From Eledone cirrhosa (lineage: Eukaryota): a DNA stretch of 64,000 bases. The stretch spans positions 34,844,001 through 34,908,000 of the forward strand of contig OZ024743.1 of assembly GCA_964016885.1 (NCBI GenBank), given 5' to 3'. The position numbers and the translations under genes were made by a program. A model generated the notes under the pieces. The model had not been told where the DNA came from. It saw only the letters and a list, made by a program, of their open reading frames with translations, and ran no database searches. Positions 1 through 13,396 of the stretch are shown here, piece by piece (position 1 is the first letter of the stretch; each line of letters begins with the position of its first letter).

Positions 1-2871
1 TGAACGCTGGGTTTTTCCTCCCAAAATGCATGGTGGTACACTTGTCCACAGCCAGCTTCAGTTACCAGTCCGTGATCCATTGCTGCATTGTGTCCAGGTC
101 TGATTGTAGGAAAGAGTTGTAGATTTCAGGATCAGTCCTTTTGATTTCAAGGTACAGCTTGATGTCATCTGCATATTTCAGTACTGTGGCATTCTGTAAG
201 TTGGCATCTATGTCATTAATATATGCCACAAACAAAAGGGGACCAAGAACAGATCCCTGTGGTACACCAGATGACATCTCATATGGTGAAGAATGCTGTC
301 CTAGAACCATGACTACCTCTTTTCGGCTGAGAATGAAGGATTTCAACCAGTCGAAAAGATCATCCCTCACACCCATTGCAGAGAGTTTCGCCATAAGTCT
401 TTTGTGTGGCACAGAATTAAAAGCCTTAGCAAAGTCAAGGTAAACAACATCCACCCATGAGCCGCTGTCAGTGATCCGGGTAATGTCTTCAAGGAACTCG
501 ATAAGCTGATCACAGCAGCTGGAGTTAGGGATAAATCCAAATTGCGAGGGCCGGATAAGGCTGTGAGAGCTCCAGAAGTTCCAAATTGTTTCTCTGACAC
601 AGGATTCCATCAGTTTGGCCATACAGCTAGTAAGACTGACTGGACGATAGTTGACAGGTGACATGTGGTTGCTCTTTTTGAACAGGGGAATGACACTGGC
701 AGTTTCCACTGCTCCGGAGTAGCACCATTGAAAGAAGAAAGAAAGCCGGTGCAAAAGGAAGTACCCGCTACGTTTGAGAAGCATGTATGTAACACCATCA
801 AGACCAGGGGAGGCATAGTTGCGCTTATTCTTAAGGTGACGTCGCAGCATTGCAGGTATAAATTCCATAGTTGTTATGGAATTTGATGTTAGAGATGGTG
901 GAGATGGTACATTCTGGTTTTCAACAGTAAAAATACTTGCATAGCACTCAGCAATGAGTTCTGCGCATTCTTTGGGATCGTCATTGATCTGGCTTGTGTG
1001 GGGATTGCGAAGAGGACCAACTGGAGAGTGAGGTCTCTGCTTTGAATGAACATATTTCCAGAACAACTTACTGTCAGGATTGGTTGCTATGCACTGTTCA
1101 AATTCAAGCACTGCCTTTTTTGTCACTTGCTTCAGATGGTTGGAAGATTTATTCCGCTTTTCTCTGTTGGCATCTGATTTATGCAGTTTATATTCCCGTT
1201 CAGCGTTCCGACGTTCTTTCCTGGAAAGTTGGACTGCTGAAGTTTCCCAAATTACACTTTTAGGGTGGTTTTTTCTGCTTACGTGGCACTGATGCTGCAC
1301 ACGCTATCCATATTGAGTCCAGGATGCTCTGGAATATAGTGTTCACATCTCCAGAGTTATAGAACTCATGCCAGTTTGGGCGCTGTAGCTCAGTGCAGTA
1401 CAAGTTCCAATCTACTTTCTTCCAATCAAAGCAAGCAGATTAGACATGGTTCTGGTTTTTGTTGCTGCCCGCAAGAGCCAGATTGGCAATGATCATAGCA
1501 TGATCAGAGTCGCCTAGAGGTTCCTCAGTAGTACAACTGATAACCACTTCAGGAGTAGTGGTGAAGATCAGATCCAAAGTGTTGTCACCTCTTCTTGTGA
1601 CCAGTTTGAGTCCAGCACTAGCTCAAGGAAATCGTTTGCACTTTGTGGCCAACGAAAGGTTTCCCAATCGATCTCAAGATGATTGAAGTCACCTGCAATA
1701 AACACATAAGTGGCTGTTTTCCTGGCAGCAGCTCTGAGGATATTGCAAAGCTGTGTCCTGATGGTAGTTTGGGGGGCGATAAACAACACCAAGCAGAAGT
1801 GTTGACATGGTCATACATATGTCACAGAAAAAAACTTCATCTTGTGATTCGTTCAAATCAACGCAAGTAATTACCGAAAAGTTTGAACGAACGTAGACCA
1901 TCACACCACCACTACAGCGATTAATGCGGTCCTTGTGGAACAGGTTGTACCCAGTAATGCTGAAAACCCCATCACAGAATAAGGAATGTGCCCATGTTTC
2001 CGTGACTGTGATGAAGTCAGGGTCGATGCTTCTGACGTAGGAGTTAAACAGATGTATCTTGTTGCATAAACTGCGAGCATTTAAGGACAACAATTTGTAC
2101 CCTGCTTGCAGTTTATGATGGTGTATAGAGGATGGCAGGTTGTTCTGGTTTAGTTTCCCAAAGTTGTTGCAGTTTTTTCATTGCCAGTTATTGTGGGTAG
2201 AGCGCACTCAGACCAGCTGGTATCTCTCTTCCACGTTTCACCAGCCATAACAAACCTCCAGATCTGCACATCATCATGCAGACTAAAACTTTCATGTTGT
2301 GCTGAGTTCCGATTCAAGGAAGCTGCAGCACGTAGCTTTGGACGTACATTAGGTGGTAGGCCTGGGTGTGTTCGGAAGGTAATCCGATTTTCACGCCCAG
2401 CTTTAACAGAGGCCAGATGATATGAAATTGCCTCAGCGGAGTCCAAAAAAGACAGCCTGATGAGTCTGGGTTTTGGACCAGGTCGACCAAGGCGGAGAGC
2501 ACCCTTTGGGGGAACACAGCCTAGGTCTTTGGCTGAGCTGGTAGCAAATGCCTGTGCTTAAGATCAGCCTTGTCCTCTGGTACCCCAATGGCAATTACTT
2601 CATGGGTAGCAGATTCCGCAGTCTTCTCAGTGTGCTCAGATACAGCAAGAGGTACAGGGAGATTCTTTAGCAAGGCATTCCGACAAGACCCCTCATTGTG
2701 GGGTCCTACCCGAATGCTTGCTTTTATTCCTGTTACTTCCCTAAGAGGGTACAGGGCACATTTTGTGACATCAGTGCTACCACTTACAGAGTATCCTTGT
2801 TGCCTTTTATCATAGCACAAGTACCACCACCCTGTAGGGGGTACTGGGTGCACTAAGGTTATGCTGATCAA
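1..2871 (-). mobile_element. CR1/L2-type LINE, ORF1 remnant plus APE-RT ORF2, frameshifted; runs off the window start
   Basis: APE motifs LNARSL, TETW, YRPP, GDFN; RT motifs [43 protein letters not shown]; ORF1-like segment at 2150-2871. Confidence 0.92.
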
Positions 2872-2950
2872 TCTTTGAAGGATCAGAATATAAGGTAGGC
2901 AGATTTAAACAAAGACAACAAAAGGGAGAAAATAAAAGTTCTTTGATGTA

Positions 2951-2956
2951 TTTATT
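2951..2956 (-). terminator. Putative drosha polyadenylation signal AATAAA
   Basis: AATAAA about 290 nt after the stop, followed on the minus strand by a U/GU-rich tract (cttttattttctcccttttgttgtcttt). Confidence 0.65.
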
Positions 2957-3243
2957 GCTTCACTGATTTTCTTCATTTTTTCTTTTTTTTTTTTTTTGAT
3001 TTGTTTAAAGGGGTTTTTTCTCTGTTGTATCAGAAAAAAAAAATTTAATAAATTACGAAGACAAAAATTTGCCAATATTGTATTGTCTGTGAATTCCTGA
3101 CAGACAATTTTTGGAATGGTTCCAAAACGTCCTTGGACATCGTTTTTGGTCAAATGCAGGTGGGGTGGGGTCCAGTGTTGTAACAACTCCACCCACCAAC
3201 AGCTCAGCAGTATTTTTTTTAAACAGTGGAATTTATGGTCGTG

Positions 3244-3341
3244 TCAGTGATGTTCATCTTGCCGACGAGAACTCCGTCTTTTCTTTTTAGGATGTCGGCG
3301 TTCTAAGAATCTCTTTTGGTGAGCCAAAATTGGGAAGAGTT
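3244..3341 (-). CDS. drosha: drosha last coding exon
   Basis: [32 protein letters not shown]-stop (TGA at 3244-3246). Confidence 0.94.
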
Positions 3342-4853
3342 CTAGAATGAAAGAAAAGAAAAAAGGTAGAAAGAATAAAAACAAAAGAAGTGTAATCAAA
3401 ATTGTGACAATTACAGGCATAGCTGTGGGGTTAAGTTGCTTGCTTCACAATCATGTGGTTGTGGGTTCAGTCCTACAGCATGGCACCTTAGACTAGTGTC
3501 TTCTACTGTAGTTTCAGGCTGGTCAAAGTCTTGTGAGTGAAATGTAGTAGACGGAAACCTATCAGGTATGTATGTGGAGTGTATGTTTATGTCCCATAAC
3601 TTTTGGTGAAAAGAGATCGATAAAATAAATACAACACTTGAAAAAATAAGTACTGGGGTCAATATGATTGACTAAATTCCTTCAAGGCAGTGCTCCAGCA
3701 TAGGTGCAGTTTAATGACAGAAACCAATGAGAGAATAACCCAGAAAATGAGAATTAGAATTTTGGGAATTTTGGGGTTTGTTTGTTTATTTTTTAATAAC
3801 TGAACTAGTTCCCATTGTCCACATTAAGTCCCTCCAGACTGAAGAACAGTCCATTCTGTAAAGTAGTAGAGCTGGTGTCACGGAAAATTGCACTCAGTCC
3901 TCTCTGTAGCTTGATTGGCATTAAGAAAGGCATCCAGCCACAGAAACCATGCCAATTATGGAATGTATGAGTAAGATGAAGTTGATCTGACCTGTCTGAT
4001 CTCAAACTGAGAACCCAACCAACCGATATTTTCAGTGTAAAAGGCAGATGTAAAATTGAAAAAATGACGATGAGACTCCATAACAAGGAGCTTCCATAAT
4101 TTTACTACTGGTGAAGAAAGAGCCACTATTTGTATATCTTTACCTGATCTTTGGTTGAGTGCATTTGTAGCAGCAGCCATCTCAGCTTGCTGGATACTGT
4201 GGCCAATTCCTGTAGCCAGACGTTCTCCACGGAAATAGACAGCTACTGTATATTTTCTTGTGTTGGTTGGACCAGATGATTCGATAACCCTGAAGACATA
4301 AATTTAAAAAATCATTACTATATCATCAACAATGTTGTTAGCATCATCACCATGGAGATTTTAACGGACACGTAGGTAAACACTGCGACGGCTTCAATAG
4401 AGTACATGGAGGCCATGGGGTTGGCACAAGAAATGAGGAAGGATTCAGACTTCTAGAATTCTGCGACGCCAATGACATGTCGCTATGTAACACAAACTTT
4501 AAGGCAATGACACACGACCGTGACCTCTGGCGTCACGCAGTAATACAGAGTACCCGACCTCCCATGGGTACAAGCTGAAGCATATAGACAATATGCCCCC
4601 ACACCCCCCACCGCAAGGTGGTCGTGGAGGTACCACGGCAAAAAAGCACCCAGCCCACACTGTAAAGTAGGCACCACGAAAAAGCACCCAGCACTCACTG
4701 TAAATGAGGTTGGTGTTAGGAAGGGCATCCAGCTGTAGAAATCAAGCCAAATCAGTTCCTGTATGAGCAAGGCATGGTCAGCCGACCAGACACTGCCCAC
4801 AACAGGACAACCCGTCTAACCCATGCTAGCGTGGAAGAACAGGCGTAAAACAG

Positions 4854-4887
<34 letters not shown>

Positions 4888-7800
4888 ATATTTTATTATT
4901 ATTATTATATATTCAAAACCCTCCGAGGTTAGCTTTGCATTTCATCCTTATGGGGTTGATAAAATATAGCACCAGTAACGTACTGGGGTCGATGTAATGG
5001 ACTTTTCCCCTCCCCTTCAAATTGCAACGGAAAGGCAAAGGCTGATACAGCTTGACACCAGTGACGTCCCAACTCATTTCTACAGCTGAGTAAACTGAAA
5101 TAAAGTGTCTTGTTCAAGAACACAACACAAAGCTCAGTCCAAGAATCAAACTCACAACCTCGTGGTTGTAAGCCTGACACTAACCACAGAGCCATGTGCC
5201 TTCACCTGCAAGGATAGATTAAGAATTTGTCATGGGTGACGACACTGATGGTGGTGTGTGTATGTGTGTAAAAAGGTTAAAGAAACTCACTTGTATATGG
5301 GTATATCTGGTTCACCACCATCTAGTTCTCGTAACGTCAGACAGCATTGCTGAAGCTGGGATTTTGGATCATTCCAGTCTTGATTCAAGATGAAGTCCTG
5401 TTGTAAACACCAAACAAAAGATGAGCTCAGTAAAATGTCTCCAATATTTTCTCTATTTGACAAAAGCCTGGCAGTCACAGTTGACTCATTATTACATGAA
5501 AATATCATAACTACCACTACCATCATCCAAATCACTTCCCTTTCTTTTTCATCATCATCACTATCACTATAACTACTATCACTACCACCATCATCATCAC
5601 TATCACTATAACTACTATCACTACCACCACCATCATCACTATAACTACTATCACTACCACCACCATCATCACTATAACTACTATCACTACCACCACCATC
5701 ATCACTATAACTACTATCACTACCACCACCATCATCACTATAACTACTATCACTACCACCACCATCATCACTATCACTATAACTACTATCACTACCACCA
5801 CCATCATCACTATAACTACTATCACTACCACCACCATCATCACTATCACTATAACTACTATCACTACCACCATCCTTATCCCCATCAGGCTCCACATTCC
5901 TTCCTCTCCATTTTCGACATCGTTATTGTTATCAATATCACTAGGGCGGTGGATTGGCAGTATCGGTAGAGCATCAGACATGCTTTGCAACATAGAGTTA
6001 CGGCCCTTTATACTCTGAGTTCAAATTCCGCCAAAGTTAGCTTTGCTTTTCATCCTTACAGTGTCGATAAAATTAAGTACCAGTAATACACTGGGGTCAA
6101 TTTAATCGACTTTTCCCTCCCCTTCAAATTTCTGGCCTTGTGCCTAAAGTAGAAACAGTTATCAATTTCACTACGACATTTCTTCTTCCAATATTGTCAT
6201 GACTGCTGCCACTGCCACCACTGCCACCACTACTGCCACCACTACCACCACTGCCACCACTACCACCACTGCCACCACTGCCACCACTACCACCATCTAT
6301 GGTACAGAAGCTGTCAACTCAAGGAACTGTGTTAACCTTTTTGAAATCACCCTGGTTATATAATATACAACTTTTACTTTAAAGTGTTCATACTTATATT
6401 AAAGCCTTCTATCATAATTCTATTTTAAAATGGCTGGATGCCATTCCTAACACCAACCACTTTACAGAGTGCACTGGGAGCATTTTATCATGACTTCAAC
6501 ACTACCACATTACAAGGTGGACTGGGTGCTTTTTGTTGTGGCACCAGCACTACTACCTTACATGATGGACTGAGTGCTTTAGTAGTGGCATCCATCTATC
6601 TACAAACCTTGCATCATAATTTTATGCAATAACCTTTATTAAGTTATGTTCCAAATACCAGATAAATAGTGAGAAAATTACTTATTTTAATAAATCTCTC
6701 TAAATTCTTGATTCCTTACAAAATTATTTAAAAATTATATTCAGTGTTTTTTTTATTAGAAATATGGTAACAAAAGAGTTAAGAATCAATGATTTTACAG
6801 GACTAACCATCAGTTCAACTAAATATGGAAGAAATTTATAACTAAGAAAGTTATCCAGACAAAGATTTAACAATGGAAATGTTGACTTACTCTGAGTCTT
6901 GGGAAAAAACAGACGTTGCAGAAAACACGGCAATAATCAAGAGCTTTATCCACATATAGAGCACCAATAAATGCTGTGAATGAAACAAAATGGAATAAGA
7001 GCGTCTTTAAATTCACAATCAAAATACATTTGACCACAAACTCACATCTTGTCTCACAATATGCAGTATATAATGAAAATCACAGCATAGTGTGTGAGTG
7101 TGTGTGTATATATAGTTATATATTATTCTTTTACATGCATACACGTGTGTATGTAGTTATTTCTCACATGTATATACACACACACAAATTGACATGGGAT
7201 CTATACAACAAACTTTACATATACTACAGAAGATGTGCTTTTAGATTCAATGGTTTTACAGGGAATACCTTCAGTTTGACTAAATAATGGCCATACAGAG
7301 ATAACAACATACACATACTTACATACACATAAGCAAATACAAAACCACACAGAACCAGACACACACACACAATCACGCAAATAGGGACAGACAATCATTT
7401 GAACACATGAACTCATGCACTTACTTACCTTCCAGTAAATCAGCTTTCTCCTTTGGTTTCATTTCCAGATGGTCACCTCGGGTGTCAGCATAGATAACAT
7501 AATTAGACATACCCAGGTCATCACACACTATAGCTTGGGTCCGATTGTTCACCAGGGAGCTTCGTAATAACTAAAATAGACCAGAATATAACTGCAGTTA
7601 GTTCAGTACACATATATTTATTCATACTTGTGTTTATTCCTAAGCAGTTTTAAAATAAATTTTAACATTGTTACACACCATTGAACTAGTAGTCCTCTCT
7701 TAGATATGTGAAACTACAATGATGTCCAATAAACAGCCGATGATGGTCCTTGTTTATGTTGGCCATGTTTTTACTGTCTTCATGCTTTTTCTTAATATTA

Positions 7801-10800
7801 TATATAATATATATAATATATATATAAAGTTGTTCCGGTCCCTCCTCTCCCTATAAGTCTTATATATTTTTATGTGGGCTGATAGGGGGCGGATTAAGGA
7901 ATAGCAGAAACCCAAGAAGCTAGATTTACCACCTTTCTAGTGGGTCCGGGTAAGTTTTTACACTCATATGAATTATTGATTTATTGATATTTTATCTGTG
8001 TGACCCGAATCTTCCTGGTCGTTATTTTTCGGCTGTACGGGTGATTTTAGGCATAATCTTTGTGTGTTGGTATCTTAACGATAGTTATAGCTCTGATTTA
8101 TCTGAATTATTGAGCCCTCTGCCACTCATGTCGGATTTTGTTTATCGTAAATTCGTGAGCTGATTTTCCGATACTCGATTATTCTATTATAATATATATA
8201 TATATATATTTTAAAAGTGGTTGGCATTAGGTAGGATTTCCAGCCATAGAAATTGAACCAGAAACAGTTCTATATGTGCAAGACATGGTCACCTGATCCT
8301 ACTTGCCTCTAACGGGACAACCTGTTTAACCCATGCTAGCATGTAAAATGGATGTTAAATGATATATATATATGCAAAACGTAAGCAGAAATAAAAAAGC
8401 AACCGACAGAGTACAATGAAGAATATATTAGTTTAACACTGATATAGTAGGAAATGAGTCATAACGTTTCAGACACTAGTCTTTCATCAGAAGAAAGAAT
8501 GAAAAATAAAAGATGAACTAGAAAGATAGAATGAGAAAAGGAAGTAACGGAAAAAGTTTTTTGGAGAAAAAATACCTGTGTATACAGAGTGTATATATAT
8601 ATCATCATTTCATCATCATTTTACGTCTGCTTTTTCTATATATATATATATAAAGAGAGAGAGATATGTAAAATCCCGACCACAGCGCCAAGCAGTTTAA
8701 GCTGTAACTAAGCCACAAATCTGTTGAAGGGACCCACATTGATTTAACCAATTACCAATACTCGACTTTCTACTTATTCTATTAACCCCAGAATGATGAA
8801 AAGGGAAGCTAACCTCAGCAGGATTTGAACTTAGAATGTCAAGGGACATAACTGAATATTCCTAGATAGTTTATCAGGCACTCTACCAATTCTGCTATAC
8901 CCCAACATTAAAATACATCTAAACAATAAAATCATGTCAACTTTCTGGTTCCTACCATACTATACCATTATCTTAAGTGAAAGCAGAATGGCAGGATACA
9001 TAATTCGGTAGAAATAAGATGGCTGTATGGTCAAGGTACTGGAACTGGAAAACCTACTAAGACCTTCAGATCAAATCCTGAAAGCATTTTCTTCTGTATG
9101 CAGATAATACACATAACTACATTACTTCAGTTCACTTAGCTGTCAGAAAAATTAACTACAATAGACTGGCATCTTATCCAGGGGAAGATGTATCTCTCTC
9201 ATCATTAATGCTAGACATATTTACAGAATTCTGCTGACTGACTGACCAGTCTACCTTCACTTGGCAACCAGCTACATAAAACACACCATCTTAACCAGAA
9301 TCATAAAATAAATGCTAAACAATAAGATTAAGTAAATAACATCATGATAAAACGTGTATAGTAAACTCTGTAAAGAGGTAGTGCCGGAATCATGATAAAT
9401 GCACCCAGGACACTTTGTAAAATGGTTGGCATTAGGGAGTGCATTCAACTGCAGAGACCATGCCAAAATAGAGCAGCATTTAAGCAAAACATGGTCATCT
9501 GACCTGTCAGTCTCAGAATGTGACAACCTGTCCAATCCATGCCAGTATAGAAAATGGAAGTAAGACGATGATGATAATAATGAAATAAAACCAAGCAATG
9601 GACATTTTGACAATCTGAAAAGCGATGGCATACCCCATCACTATCTACCCAATAGTATATGTTGGAATAGATATTGGACTACCATCACAATACTGTCACA
9701 CACTACTACTACTGAGCCAGCAATGGAGCAGCTACATAGTCATGCAAGCTGCTAAATACAGCAGCCAAATCTCCCTTAAACTATACCCTACTATATTAGA
9801 AAAGAAGAGTTCACTAGATAATGTGGTTCCAGGTGGACTATGGTTGGAATCTTCTTTGATCATAGGTTCACTCAATTTACTCAATCAAGGTTAACATATG
9901 GCTAAACAACAACAACTGCAACACTTTTATATCACACATTACATCATTATTACAACTGAAGGGCAGTGGATTGGCAGAATCGGTAAAGCGTCAGGCAATA
10001 TGCTTTATGGCTTACAGTTATGGCCCTTTGCGTTCTGAGTTCAAATACCGCTGAGGTTAGCTTTGCTTTTCATCCTTACAGGGTCAATAAAATAAAGTAG
10101 CAGTCACGCACTGGGTTCAATTTAATTGACCCCCCCCTCCCCTTGTGCCTAAAGTAGAAACCATTATCACAACATTATACTACGCCATCACAACTAGAAA
10201 AGAACACTATACCACAATATTATACAACCAACACCACGTAATGAGAGAAGTTCTACAAGAGAGATTTGGCTGTTATTTCTAGCGAATGTCTGACCTACTA
10301 AAAACAGCAGTCAAATTACATACTACTGTCTTTATAAAGCATTAGATAATATGATAGTGGGCCCCTTAAGAAAAGATAGGAAGGTCATGGCTGGAATATC
10401 TTTGATCTATTCAATTAGGATTCACTGGGAGCTAAACAACAACACCACCACCACCACCACCACCAATAAAATAAAACTGAACAATGAACTACTCACAGAC
10501 AGGTGACCTTCATGATGGTCTGGAAAATGACGGAAGAGATATTCAGAGGCAACCAGTTGTAGGACAGTGTCACCAAGAAACTCAAGCCGTTGGTTGTGAC
10601 CTCTGGGAAAGTAAATAAGAAAGTAGAACATAAAATATTAGTTGGTTTCAAAGAAAAAAAAAAGGGGAGGGGGATCTGTCATGTTCAAGTACCTCTTCAG
10701 GAAATTAGTAATATGAGTGACATAAAATAACTTCAACGAAAGTTGAAACCTAAATACAACATTTTTAACATTTTTATTAGTCTTGGCTACATTGCTACAT

Positions 10801-12000
10801 TTCTACAAATGATATAAAAATTGAAGATAGGAATGGATGATTCGAAATTTTGTTCATTTTAGTAAGATTCCAGTGTAAGAAAGTCAATAAAAAAAAATGT
10901 TGTTTTTAAATTACTCTATTCATATTAATTTCATTTCATTTGTTTCCTTGGAGACATTAAAATGTCTGAATCCATATAAAATTGAGGAGAGGTAAATGGT
11001 AACAATGCTTTCTTTATTAGAATAAAAATGCTTTCTTTATATAAATGGTAACAATGAGACGTCAACAGTGTCACTGCAACCATGACTTACTCAGAGTTAC
11101 TTCCCTTAGCTTTTCCAGTCTTTAGCTTTCAAATACCAATCCTTCATTTGTTTCTTGAGATTCCTTTTTTTACCTCCAGATGTTATCCATCTCTCGCTGA
11201 TGTCTCGACTTCCCTTTTGCTTGCCTTACCCCATAGGTGTCTTTGCAGATTCTATAAACAATGTCTCTGAAAGTGGCTAGCTTGTATTCCAGAATGCTCT
11301 TTCCTCTGAACACATTCAATTTCTGGACTATTTTTCCATCCAGTGTCTCCCATTCTTCCTTTATGCTTGCAGATGGCAAGTTAAGCTTACAGCACCTGGT
11401 ATCAAGAGCCTATATAAATTCCTCATCTGAATCAACAACGTGGATGTCCCTGGCATTGTGGTTTGACTCCTGGCTTTGGTTTTCCAATGTTGTATATGCT
11501 ATATACAGTAGAGAATTCCATTTGTCCTGTACTTGTAGTCCGTTGTAAATTCTTAGTCATTAATCTTACTGTGGTATCAATGGATTCAACATTCTCTCCC
11601 ACTTTTGGTGAATCTCAAGAACATCTTTCATTATTGGAACTTCTGGCATTATAGTAAAGGCAAAGCAGGGAGATAATATATATCATCATCATTGTTTAAC
11701 GTAAACTTTCCACACTAGGGTACTTTTTATCATGGCACCAACACGACAACTTTAGTGTGGACTGGCCACTTTTTGTTGTGACACCAAAACAACCACTTTA
11801 CAGTGGGGGACCCTATCAAAAGCTTTCTCCAGGTCAACAAATGCCAAGCAGAGGGGTTTACCTTTAGCTAGATACTTCTCCTGTAGTTGCCTCCCAAGGA
11901 AGAGGGCATCCGTGGTACTTTTACCAGGCACAAATCTGAACTGCATCTCATTTAGGTTAATTCAAATCCTAATCAGTTGTACAATGACTTTTTCTGTAAC

Positions 12001-12052
<52 letters not shown>

Positions 12053-13333
12053 TGTGTGTATTATATAGAGGTTTTAGGAAAGACTTACAGTGTTAGGTTG
12101 TTATATCCCACATTGCGGAGGGTGAAAGCTCTAGCCAAGAGTCTGATGTGGCAAAACGTAATACCTGTGTCATCTTCAAATCTCACCAGTTTCTGCAATT
12201 ATATCAATTTATATACATTATATATTGTGTTATATACAGACACACACCACTTAAATCATCATCATCATAATAAACATGCAGTATATCTTTAGATATATAC
12301 ACATATATATATATATATATATGTATACAGCTTTGGTGAAGCTAAATTTTAACTCTACATTTAAGTTAAACCAACTTATACAGCTTCATATGCAAATGAG
12401 GCTAATCAGCCTAACTACACAGTTGAAAATATTATATATTCTTGCCTGTTTTAAAGTTCCAGCAGAAAGCAGCAGGGAAGCCTTGTCCTGATGAGAGCCA
12501 GAGCTTGAAATGTGCATAGACAGTTGTTCCTTGCTGCTTCTGCCGGAATCCACTAGACGGCACTAGCCGTTAGCCTTTATTCATATCTGGACTTTCAAAA
12601 TGTCATCGGGTACATTTGTTTTCCCTGACAGATTTTTTTATCATAGTGTGTATGTGTGTGTATTTAGTAGCATTAATGCCACCCTGCCAAGTGCATTTTG
12701 CAAGTTGTGGTGTCATGATAAAATGCACCCAACCCACTCTGTAAAATGGTAGTGCTGGTGCAACAATAAAATGCAACAGCCCAGTCTGTAAAGTGGTATT
12801 GCTGGAGCCCTGATAAAATGTCCTCAGTACAGACTGTAGAGTGGTTGGTGCTAGAAAGGATATCCAGCCATAGAAACTGGGATGTTTGAGAAAGATGTGG
12901 TCACCTGAATGGTTATATAGCCCATTATCTCATGTAAACATGGAACAATGGAAGCATGTATATGTGCATTTGTGTATGTGCATATGTGTGTGCATGTATG
13001 TGCAGTTACCTGAAGTGCAGGCGATGATTCCACCCAGTGACGGTCTCCTTCAGGTTCATCCTCCTGTAAGGGGTGAAGAGGGAGTTGTTTCCAGGTACGC
13101 ACTAGGTCAGTGTCATCAAACAATGTCTTGGCAAATATCTTGTCTACCAGATCAACGCCTCCATCAAGAAATAAAGCACCTGGATAAAACAACAACAAAC
13201 CAACATGAGAACCTCTATGGGATCTGTTGACCTGTGAGAAATAACAGCCATCCCCATCAAACCACACCCTATTGTTTAAAAACATAATCATCACTATCAT
13301 CATCACAATCATCACTACCATCACCCTCATCGC

Positions 13334-13396
<63 letters not shown>

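Noticed and set aside
2456-2500. CTGATGA motifs at about 2457 and 56458 as further hammerheads
   Set aside because: No stem II plus GAAA geometry and no stem I pairing.
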